The notes under the pieces: generated by a model
What the model was told of the DNA's origin: nothing
What the model saw: the letters and a program-made list of their open reading frames with translations, nothing else
Databases searched by the model: none
Source: Pristiophorus japonicus
Lineage: Eukaryota
DNA length: 64,000 nucleotides
Assembly (NCBI RefSeq): GCF_044704955.1
Contig: NC_091993.1
Location: 67,022,001-67,086,000, forward strand
Direction: 5' to 3'
Shown: positions 47,701-58,963 of the stretch, one piece after another
Layout: the number at the start of each line of letters is the position of its first letter
Numbering within the stretch: the first letter of the stretch is position 1
Translations under genes and position numbers: made by a program

Positions 47701-50067
47701 CACCCCCGGTTCTCCTCCCCACCTCTACCCCTTCCCCTTCCCCTCCTGACTCCAAGCCGCCTGGCTGAGGAGCTCCTCAGGCGATGCTTCATTGGGGGGG
47801 GGGATGACGGCCGAACCGCTGCTTGGACGGATACGGGAGAGGACGATCCCAAGGTGGGAATGTGCTCCGAGCCAGAAGCAAGATGTTGCTCCTGGCTCTC
47901 ATGTGTGGTTGGCAATGGGGGAATGGGGGTGCGGCACCTTGGGGTGCAGTGCCACGCTCCGGGACCACTGCGAGCCCTCTGCCACCAGTGTTCCTGGCTA
48001 CCAGCTCCAGGGCCTCCACCATCCTTTCCATGTTAAATCTTATTTGTTGGACAAAAGCTCAGTACCAACTATGTTCTTGGTGCTTAGTAGGCTTTTTGCT
48101 GATGATGAATCTCCCTCGTGCCTCCCACACCAGCCAAACAAGCACACACCACAGCCATACACGCCTTCAATCTCTCTCAGCTCCCTCTCTGTCTCCTCAT
48201 CTGCGCATGTCATGATGACCCTTGACCTCCTGAATCGCGGGAATCGAGTGTTGCCATGCCGTTGCTAAGGATGGCGACACTTTACGGCAGAAGGTTAGCG
48301 AGATTTAATGCTACCGCCCATTTCATATCGCTCGCGATAACGCCCATTTTCAAAAATTAGACAAGGTGCTTTGAGAATCTGAAAACCCATTTTTACCGCT
48401 CACGCCGGAAATAACGGCCACTTTTGGGCGATATGCCCAAAAGTGTAAAATCTAGCCCTATATCCTGTTGCAGATTTTTTGTGTCGTCCTCACATTTTGC
48501 TTTCCAACCTATCTTTGCATCATCGGCAAACTTGGCTACATTATACTCGGTCCCTTCATCCAAGTCATTAATATAGACTGTAAATAGTTGAGGACCCAGC
48601 ACCAATCCCTGTGGCACCCCACTAGTCACTGTTTGCTAACCGGAAAATGACCCATTTATCCTGACTCTCTGTTTTCTTTTAGTTAGCCAATCCTCTATCC
48701 ATGCTAATATATAACCCCCAACCCCGTGAACTTTTATCTTGAGCAGTAACCTCTTATGTGACATCTTATCGAATGCCTTGTGGAAATCCAAATACACCAT
48801 GTCCTCTGGTTCCTCCTTATCCACCCTGCTCATCACATCCTCAAAGAATTCCAGCAAATTTGTCAAACATGATTTCCCTTTCATAAAACCATGCTTACTC
48901 TGCTTGATTGAATCATGCTTTCCCAAATGTCCCGCTAATGCTTCCTTAATAATGGACTCCATTTTCCCAATGACAGATGTTAGACTAACTGGTCTATAGT
49001 TTTCTGCTTTTTGTCTGCCTCCTTTTTTAAATAGGGACGTTACATTTGTGGTTTTCCAATCCGCTGGGACCGCCCCAGAATCCAGGAAATTTTGGTAGAT
49101 TACAACCAATGCATCCACTATCTCTGCAGCCACTTCTTTTAAGACCCTAGGATGTAAGCCATCAAGTCCAGGGGACTTGTCCATCTTTATTCCCATTATT
49201 TTACCTCATACTACTTCTTTAGTGATAGTGATTGTATTAAGTTCCATCCTTCCTATAGCCCCTTGATTGTCCACTATTGGATGTTTTTAGTGTCTTCTAC
49301 CATGAAGACCGAAACAAAATATTTTCTTAACATCTCTGCCATTTCCCTGTTCTCCATTATTAATTCTCCAGTCTCATCCTCCACGGACCAACATTTACTT
49401 TAGCCACTCTTTTCCTTTTTATGTACCTGTAGAAACTCTTACTAGGTTTATATATTTCGTGCTAGTTTACTTTCATAATCTATCTTCCCTCTCTTAATCA
49501 TTTTTTTAGTCGATCTCTGCTGGCTTTTACAAATTTCCCAATCCTCTGGCCTACCGCTAGACTTGGCCACATCGTATGCCTTTGTATTCAATTGATACCG
49601 TCCCTTATTTCCTTAGTTAGCCACACATGATTATCCCTTCTCTTACAGTCTTTCCTTCTCATTGGGATATATTTTTGTTGCGTGTTATGAAATATCTCCT
49701 TAAATGTCTGCCACTGCTCATCAACCATCCCATACTTTAACCTATTTTCCCAGTCCACTTTGGCCAACTCTGCCCTCATACCTTTGAAGTCTTCTTTATT
49801 TAAGCTTAGGACCCTGGTTTGAGAACCAACTTTCTCACCCTCAAACTGAATTTGAAATTCAACTATATTATGGTCACTCATTCCTAGAGGATCTTTTACT
49901 ATGAGATCATTTATTAATCCTGCCACATTACACGGTACTAGGTCTAAGATAGCCTGCTCCCTGGTTGGTTCCGCAACATACTGTTCAAGGAAACTATCCC
50001 GAATACACTCTATGAATGTCTCCTCAAGGTTACCCTGGCCAATTTGCTTTGTCCAATCAATATGAAG
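44708..50067 (-). mobile_element. CR1 LINE (44708-45565 and 48459-50067) split by a Harbinger
   Basis: cataagaaacataa tail; KFADDAK, GVPQG, YRPVSLTS, SDHN motifs in order. Confidence 0.9.
45566..48458 (-). mobile_element. PIF/Harbinger family B copy 2, inverted relative to 36519-40793: transposase (+, about 46230-47434), most of Myb gene deleted near 48030
   Basis: TIRs gggctagactttccactttt / aaaagtgtaaaatctagccc; perfect TSD TAT; CLRRLRFHKEV, WMLGDKGY, LKQRFRCLD, SLLHN. Confidence 0.94.
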
Positions 50068-50812
50068 GGGTGGGGGACTGGCTCGGTAGCACCACTACTG
50101 ACCGAGCTGGCCGAGTCCTGAAGGACATAGCTGCCAGACTGGGCTTGCTGCAGGTGGTGAGAGAACCAACACAAGGGAAAAACCTACTTGACCTTGTTCT
50201 AACCAATTTACCTGTCGCAGATGGATCTGTCCATAACAGCATTGGTAGCAGTGACCATCACACAGTAATTGTGGAGACAAAGTCTCATCTTCACACTGAA
50301 GTCACCCTGCATCGTGTTGTGTGGCACTACTACCGTGCTAAATGGGATAGATTCAGACCAGATCTAGCAGCTCAAAACTGGGCATCCATGAGGCACTGTG
50401 GGTCATCAGCAGCAGTAGAATTGTATTCCACCACAATCTGTAACCTCATGGCACGGCATATCCCTCATTCTACCACTACTATAAAGGCAGGGGTTCAGTA
50501 AAGAGTGCAGAAGAGCATGCCAGGAGCAGCACCAGGCATACCTACAACTGTGGAATAGCAGAAGCAGCATGCTATAGACAGCTAAGCGATCCCACAATCA
50601 CTGGATCAGATCAAAGCTCTGCAGTCCTGCCACATCCAGTCGTGAATGGAGGTGGACCATTAAACAACTAACGGGAGAGGGAGGCTCCATGAATATCCAC
50701 ATCATCAATGAAAGTGGAGCCCAGCATGTAAGTGCAAAAGACAAGGTTAAATCGTTTGCAGCCATCTTCAGCCAGAAGTGCCGAGTGGATGATCCATATC
50801 GGCTTTCTCCTG

Positions 50813-51087
50813 TGGGGTCGCCCATTTAGAACTGAGATGAGGAGGAATTTCTTCTCTCAAAGAGTCGTAAATCTGTGGAATTCTCTGCCCCAGAGAGCTG
50901 TGGAGGAGAGGTCATTGAACATATTTAAGGTGGAGATAGACAGATTTCTGAGGGAGTGAAGGGTGATCGGGAGCGGGCAGGGAGGTGGAGCTGAGCCCAA
51001 GATCAGATCAGCCATGATCTTATTAAATGGTGGAGCAGGCTCAAGGGGCCTAATGGCCTACCCCTGCTCCAAATTCTTATGTTCTTA
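50813..51087 (+). mobile_element. Short CR1 3' fragment
   Basis: GRPFRTEMRRNFFSQRVVNLWNSLP; ttcttatgttcttat tail. Confidence 0.85.
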
Positions 51088-51629
51088 TATCACAGAAGCC
51101 AGTCTTCAGCCAATTCAATTCCCTCCATGTGATATTAAGAAACAGCTGAGTGCACTGGATACAGCAAAGGCTATGGGCCCTGACAACATCCTGGCTGTCG
51201 TGCTGAAGACTTGTGCTCCACAACTAGCCGTGTCTCTAGCCAAGCTGTTCCAGTACAGCGACAACACTGGCATCTATCCGACAATGTGGAAAACTGCCCA
51301 GGTATATCCTGTCCACAGAAAGCAGGACAAATCCAATCTGGCCAATTACTGTCCCATCAGTCTACTCTCAATCATCAGCAAAGTGATGGAAGGTGTCGTC
51401 GACAGTGCTATTAAGCGGCACTTACTACAAAAACCCTGCTCACCGATTCTCAGTTTGTGTTCTGCCAGGACCACTCAGCTCTAGAGCTCATTGAGGTGAG
51501 GTGAGAGTGTCTGCTCCTGACATCAAGATTGCATTTGACCAAGTGTGGCACCAAGGAGCCCTCATAAAACTGAAGTCAATGGGAGTCAGGGGGAAAACTC
51601 CCCACTGGCTGGAGTCATACCTTGCAAAA

Positions 51630-51950
51630 AGAAAACAAACGAAGACTTGGGTTTCTATAGCGCCTTTCACGACCACCGGACGTCTCAAAGTATTTTACAG
51701 CCAATGAAGTACTTTTGGAGTGTAGTCACTGTTGTAATGTAGGAAACATGGCAGCTAATTTGCGCACAAGCAAGCTCCCACAAACAGTAATGTGATAATG
51801 ACCAGATAATGTTTTTATGATGCTGATTGAGGGATAAACATTGGCCAGGACACTGGGGATAACTCCCCTGCTCCTTCTAAATAGCGCCGTGGTATCTTTT
51901 ACATCCACCTGAGAGAGCGAACTGGGCCTCGGTTTAACATCTCATCTGAA
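51630..51950 (-). mobile_element. 5'-truncated DeuSINE (SacSINE1-like)
   Basis: Reverse complement of the SINE body at about 8170-8394, plus its 3' tail. Confidence 0.78.
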
Positions 51951-52909
51951 GAAATCAAACTTTTAATTAGACACTGAAGGCAACACCTTTGAAGTCGTGG
52001 GAATACTCAATGAATAAAGACAGGAACATTGGAAGCAAAGTTGGTTATGGCATTCTGCACTCACACTCTTCCCATAGTATGCGCAAAGGAAGATGGTTGT
52101 GCTTGTTGGAGATCAATCATCACAACCTCAGGACATCGCTGCAGGAGTTACTCAGGGCAGTGTCTTAGGCCCAACCATCTTCAGCTGCTTCATCAATGAC
52201 CTTCCCTCCTTCAAAAGGTCATAAATGGGGATGTTCGCTGATGACTGCACAGTGTTCAGTGCCATTTGCAACTCCTCAAATAATGAAGCAGTCCATGTCT
52301 GCATACAGCAAGACCTGGATGACATTCAGGCATGGGCTGATACGTGACAAGTAACATTCGTGCCACACAAGTGCCAGGCAATGACTATTTCCAACAAGCG
52401 AGAGTCTAACACCGTCCCATGACATTCAACAGCATTACAATCCCTCACCATCAACATCCTTGGGGTCACCATTGACCAGAAACTTAACTGGACCAGCCAC
52501 ATAAATACTGTGGCAACAAGAGCAGGTCAGAGGCTGGGTATTCTGTGGCAGGTGTCTCACCTCCTGACTCCCCAAAGCCTTTCCACCATCTACAAGGCAC
52601 AAGTCAGGAGTGTGATGGAATATTCTTCACTTGCCTACATGAGTGTAACTCCAACAACACTCAAGAAGCTCGACACTATCCAGGAGAAAGCAGCCCACTT
52701 GATTGGCATGCTATCCACCACCTCAAACATTCACTTCTTCCACTACTGGTGCACTGTGGCTGCAGTGTGTAGCATCTACAAGATGCACTGCATCAACACG
52801 CCAAGGCTTCTTCAGCAGCACCTCCCAAACGCACAACCTCCACCAGCAGCAGGCGCAAAGGAACACCATCACCTGCAAATTCCAAACCATCCTGGCTTGG
52901 AAATATATC

Positions 52910-55900
52910 TGTTGTGTATCTGTAACGCATGCACTCCCATGTTCCTCCACCAGGGAGTGCATCCCCTGAAGTCCCAAGGGATCCCAGCATCCCTTGGGAG
53001 CACTGTATATAAGCTGGCCCCTAAGGCCTGTTCCTCACTCTGGAGTGTCTTAATAAAGACTGAGGTCACTGTTACTTTAACCTCCCTATGTGCAGTCTCA
53101 TCTGTGTTAGGAACACAACAACTGGCGACGAGTATACGAATCCAATGCAAAGATGCAGCAAATTGTGGGCATCCTGGAGAAGTTCTCGGAGGGTGAGGAC
53201 TGGGAAGCCTATGTTGAACGAACCAGTACTTTGTAGCCAATGAGCTGGACGGAGAAGGAAACGCTGCAAAAAGGAGAGCGGTCCTCCTCACGGTCTGCAG
53301 GGCACCGACCTACAGCCTCATGAAGAATCTTCTGGCTCCGGTGAAACCCACAGATAAGTCATATGAGGAGCTGTGTACAGTGGTTCAGGAGCATCTTAAC
53401 CTGAGGGAGAACGTGCTGATGGCGAGGTATCGGTTCTACACGTGCCAGCGACCTGAAGGTCAGGAAGTGGCGAGCTACGTTGCCGAGCTAAGGCGACTTG
53501 CAGGTCAATGTGAGTTTGATGGCTACCTGGAGCAAATGCTCAGAGACTTTTTTGAACTGGGCACTGGCTACGAGACCATCCTACGAAAACTTTTGACTGT
53601 AGAGACACCGACCCTCAGTAAGGCCATTGCGATAGCACAGGCGTTTATGTCCACCAGTGACAACACCAAACAAATCTCTCAGCACACAAGTGCTAGCAAT
53701 GTTCATAAATTAAATGGAACTGTGTTTGCGAACAGAAATGTACAAGGCAGAAACCACGAGTCTGCAACTGCCAGCAGGCCTCAGGTAACCCAGATGACTC
53801 AGAGTCCCCAACAAAGGATGAATGCAAGGCAATTCACACCTTGTTGGCATTGTGGAGGCTTCCATTCAGCCTATTCATGCCACTTCAAAGAGAATGTTTG
53901 CAAGAGCTGTGGAACAATGGGGCACCTCCAACGAGCTTGCAGATGAGCTGCAAGCTCTGCAAAACCACGTGGCAGAGGAAGATCGGTCCATGGTGGCTCA
54001 AAGCAATTTCGAGCCTCAGAGAGAGGAGGCAGATGTTGAAGTACACGGGGTGCACACATTTTCGACGAAATGTCCACCAATAATGCTAAATGTAAAATTG
54101 AATGACTTACCCATAGCCATGGAACTGGACACTGGCGCTCACCAATCCATCATGAGTAAAAAGATGTTTGAGAGACTGTGGTGCAACAAGGCATTCAGAC
54201 CAGCCCTGAGTCCCATCCACACGAAACTGAGAATGTACACTAAAGAGCTCATCACTGTCCTGGGCAGCACCATGGTCAAGGTCACCGACGAGGGCACGGT
54301 GCATGAACTGCCACTCTGGATTGTCCCGGGCGATGGCCCCACATTGCTTGGCAGGAGCTGGCTGGGCAAAATCCGCTGGAACTAGGATGACATCTGAGCG
54401 CTATCACATGTTGATGAGGCCTCATGTACCCAGGTTCTTAACAAATTTCCTTCCCTTTTTGAGCCAGGTATTGGAAACTTTTCCGGGGTGAAGGTGCGGA
54501 TCCACTTGGTCCCAGAGGCACAACCCATTCACCACAAGGCGGTACCTCACATGATGAGGGAGAGAGTGGAAATCGAGCTGGACAGGCTGCAACGCGAGGG
54601 CATCATCTCCCCAGTGGAATTCAGTGAGTGGGCCAGCCCGATTGTTTCAGTACTCAAAAGTGATGGCACGGTCAGGATTTGCGGCGATTATAAAGTAACT
54701 ATGAATCGTTTCTCGCTACAGGACCAATACCCGCTACCGAAGGCAGACGACCTATTTGCAACGTTGGCAGGAGGCAAGACATTCACCAAGCTCGACCTGA
54801 CTTCGGCCAACATGACGCAGGAGCTGGAGGAGTCTTTGAAGGGCCTCACCTGCGCCAACACGCACAAGGGACTGTTCATCTACAACAGATGCCCGTTTGG
54901 AATTCGGTCGGCTGCAGCAATCTTCCAAAGAAACATGGAGCGCCTACTCAAGTCGATACCACGCATGGTGGTTTTTCAGGACGACATATTGGTCATGGGT
55001 CGGGACACCGTCGAGCACCTACAAAACCTGGAGGAGGTCCTCCAGTGACTGGATCGTGTAGGGCTGCGGCTGAAGAGGTCGAAATACGTCTTCATGGCAA
55101 CAGAAGTGGAGTTTTTGGGGAGAAATATCGCGGCGGATGGCATTCGGCCCACAGACGCCAAGACAGAGGCTATTAGGAACATGTCCAGGCCACATGCCGT
55201 CATGGAGCTGCGGTCATTCCTGGGACTCCTCAACTATTTTGGTAACTTCCTACCGGGGTTAAGCACTCTCTTAGAGCACCTACATGTGTTATTGTGTAAA
55301 GGTGAGAACTGGGTGTGGGGAAAAAAACAAGTAATTGCTTTTCAGAAAGCCAGGAACATTTTATGCTCCAACAAGCTGCTTGTATTGTATAACCAGTGTA
55401 AAAGACTTGTGCTAGCATGTGATGCGTCATCATACGGAGTCGGGTGTGTATTACAACAAGCCAACAAGTTGCAGGGAAGTTGCAACCTGTCGCCTATGCC
55501 TCCAGGAGTTTGTCTAAGGCCGCGAGGGCCTACAGCATGATTGAGAAAGAGGCATTAGCGTGTGTGTTCGGGGTAAAGAAAATACATCAGTAGCTGTTTG
55601 GCCTCAAATTTGAGCTGGAAATCGATCACAAGCCCCTCATATCCCTGTTTGCTGAAAACAAGGGGATACATACCAATGCCTCAGCCCGCATACAAAGGTG
55701 AGCACTCGCGCTATCAGCGTATAACTATACCATCCGCCACAGGCCAGGCACCGAGAACTGTGCGGATGCTCTCAGTCAGCTACCATTGCCCACCACGGGG
55801 GTGGAAATGGCGCAGCCTGCAAACTTGTTGATGGTGGCGCAGCCCGCAGACTTGTTGATGGTCATGGAAGCGTTTGAAAATGATAAATCACCTGTCACGG

Positions 55901-57507
55901 CCCACCAGATTAGGACTTGGACCAGCCAAGATCCTCTGCTGTCCCTAGTAAAAAACTGTGTACTGCATGGGAGCCGGGCCAGCATCCCCATTGAAATGCA
56001 AGAGCCAATCAAGCCATTCCAGCAGCAAAAGGATGAGCTGTCCATTCTGGCAGACTGCCTGTTGTGGGGTAACCGTATAGTGCTACCCAAAAAGGGCAGG
56101 GAGACGTTCATCTCGGATCTCCATGGCACACACCCAGGTATAGTAATGATGAAAGCGACAGCCAGATCCCACATGTGGTGGCCCAGTATCAACTCTGACT
56201 TAGAGTCCTGTGTACGGCAATGCAGCATGCGTGCTCAGTTGAACAACCCGCCCAGAGAGGCACCATTAAGTTTGTGGTCCTGGCCCTCCAGACCATGGTC
56301 GAGGATCCATGTCGACTATGCGGGCCCGTTTCTCGGTAAAATGTTCCTGGTGGTGGTGGATGCTTTTTCAAAATGAATTGAACGTGAAATAATGTCGGGA
56401 AACATCGCCATCGCCACCGCCACCATTGAAAGCCTGAGGGCCATGTTTGCCATCCATGGCCTGCCTGACATACTGGTCAGTGACAATGAGCCATGTTTCA
56501 CCAGTGCCGAATTTAATGAATTCATGATCCGCAATGGGATCAAACATGTCATCTCGGCCCTGTTTAAACCAGCCTCTAATGGACAGACAGAGCGGGCAGA
56601 ACAAACAATCAAACAGAACCTTAAACGAGTCACAGAAGGCTCACTCCAAACCCGCCTGTCCCGAGTACTGCTCAGCTACTGCACGAGACCCCACTCGCTC
56701 ATAGGGGTGACCCCGACTGAGCTACTCATGAAAAGGACACTTAAAACCAGACTCTCGCTGGTTCACCCCAACCTGCATGATCAGGTAGAGAGTAGGCGGC
56801 AGCAACAAAATGTAAACGATGGTCACGCCACTGTGTCACGGGAAATTGATCTGAATGACCCTGTGTATGTGCTAAACTATGGACATGGTCCCAAGTGGAT
56901 CGCGGGCACGGTGATAGCTAAAGAAGGGAGTAGGGTGTTTGTAGTCAAACTAGACAATGGACAAATTTGCAGAAAGCACCTGGACCAAATGAGGCTGCGG
57001 TTCACAGACTGCCCTGAACAACCCACAGCAGACACCACCTTTTTCGAGCCCACAACACACACCCAAAGGATCAATGACATCACCTTGGATCAGGAAATCA
57101 AACCCATCACGCCTAACAGCCCAGCAAGGCCAGGCTCACCCAGCAGCCCTGTCGTGCCAACAACATGCCAGGCCAGTGTGGGCACAGCCAACACACCAGG
57201 ACAGACATTTGTACCGAGGCGGTCCACCAGGGAATGAAAGGCTCCCGACCGCCTCACCTTGTATATAGTTTTCACTTTGACTTTGGGGGGGAGTGATGTT
57301 GTGTATCTGTAAAGTATGCACTCCCATGTTCCTCCACCAGGGAGTGCATCCCCTGAAGTCGCAAGGGATCCCAGCATCCCTTGGGAGCACTGTATATAAG
57401 CCGGCCCCTAAGGCCTGTTCCTCATTCTGGAGTGTCTTAATAAAGACTGAGGTCACTGTTACTTTAACCTCCCTGTGTGCAGTCTCATCTGTGTTAGGAA
57501 GACAACA
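52910..57507 (+). mobile_element. Full-length degenerate Gypsy (Mag-like) LTR retrotransposon, copy 2
   Basis: 211-bp LTRs 52910-53120 and 57297-57507 (7 mismatches by manual count); TSD ATATC/ATATA; PBS TGGCGACGAG; PPT. Protease LDTGA, RT VFQDD, integrase HVDYAGP. Stops present. Confidence 0.97.
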
Positions 57508-57718
57508 ATATAGCCATTCCTTCATCATCGCTGGGTCAAAATCTTGGAACTCCCTCCCTAACAGCACTGTTGGAGTACCATCACCACATGGACTGCAGCG
57601 GTTCAAGAAGGCGACTCACCACCACCTTCTCAAGGGCAATTAGGGATGGGTAATAAATGCTGGCCTTGCCAGTGACGCCCACATCGCATAATCTAATTTT
57701 AATTTTTATTGTCTTCTG

Positions 57719-58187
57719 TGTAAAGTGCTTGTGCAAGGATATGCATGACAGTAATGACATTAGCCATGGGGAATTAAAGTATTACTTTGGTGGCTAGGGT
57801 AATAAACATAGGTTGAGGGATGTATTAACTATCGTATAGAAAGCCTGTACTTCAAAGAGCTTAAGGAACAATTCGGTCAGGAAGTCTTGTTTGAGCGAAG
57901 TTGATTTCAAGAAACAACTAAAACTGTTTACGTGAATTGACTGTCTTCAAAGAATTCAGGAATAGATAGGTCATGAGATCTTATCTGTGACATGTAACTT
58001 TGATGTAGGCAAAATATGATGTATAAAGGAGCATAGTTTTCAACAGTTCTTCAGAGGGTTCGAAAGACAGAACTTGAAGCTGAAAGCCATGCAATTAGAG
58101 TTGAGCTGATCTCTCATCCTTGGTGTAAATAAAGTCTGTTCCATATAGTACACTATTAAGTGTCTTGTGCTTACTCAAAGCCTGACA
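57719..58187 (+). mobile_element. Candidate solo LTR of a different family
   Basis: TG...CA bounds; flanks TTCTG/TTGTG (4 of 5 match); TATAAA at about 58022 and AATAAA at about 58128. Confidence 0.5.
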
Positions 58188-58963
58188 TTGTGAACCATAA
58201 AAGGATGGACGTTGATTGCTAACAGGGAAGGGGACAGCAGAAGGGGGAACAGTTATCAAATCTGTCCAATTTTTAAGAAAGCAAGGCCTGGAAATTAGAT
58301 ATGGCCTGAAAACAGGTGGTGTCATGGCCCAGCTCTATTTAGCTGCCCTGAGTCAAAGTAGTCGAGTAGCACGCCAAATTTGTGCTCAGTGCTCAAATAC
58401 TTGATTATAGTGCAGACCTCAGTGTTAAAACTGCTGCTTATTGGCTTACCATTAAACAGGTGAGCCAATATCAGGTGCAGTCTAATTCCAAGTCATGTTT
58501 GGCCTAGGCTTATTCTCCATTACTTAAAAGGGAGGTTCTTTCCATTTAGAGTGAGGAGGGGGAATGGTTAGTACAAGTGATTAATCATTGAGAAGAGAAG
58601 TCTAAGATTATATTTAACGGCCAGGAGACATAGTTATGAATTAGAAAGTGAACTGGTGAGGGGTTTGAGGATGGTAACGTTGGAGGAAAGCAGTTGAGGG
58701 AGATGAGAAATGATTAGCGATGTCCATGTCAATGATCAAAACCTTGAAAGTGTCGAGACCTCATGCGATAGCAAACTTGAGACAATGAGTATGGATCTGA
58801 GAGTAAATTTGCGAGTTGAGGTTATATAAGGGCATGAGGCACTGAAGTTGGAAGGAAGGGCCAAAAGGAACTTAGATGAAATTTAAAATGTAAACTACAT
58901 AGAGGAAAGTGACTGGATCAACATCAATGTAATTTAATTATTTTTGTAATTTAGCATTATTTC

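Larger units (their letters stand above)
43880..57690 (+). mobile_element. Near full-length CR1-group (L2/Crack-like) LINE broken by at least five insertions
   Basis: Collinear pieces 43880-44700, 50068-50810, 51088-51628, 52080-52909, 57508-57690. Motifs LLDLVLTN/SDHH, KAMGPDNI, YCPISLLS, DIKIAFD, QGSVLGP, FADD, IYKAQVRSVMEYS. Confidence 0.82.
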
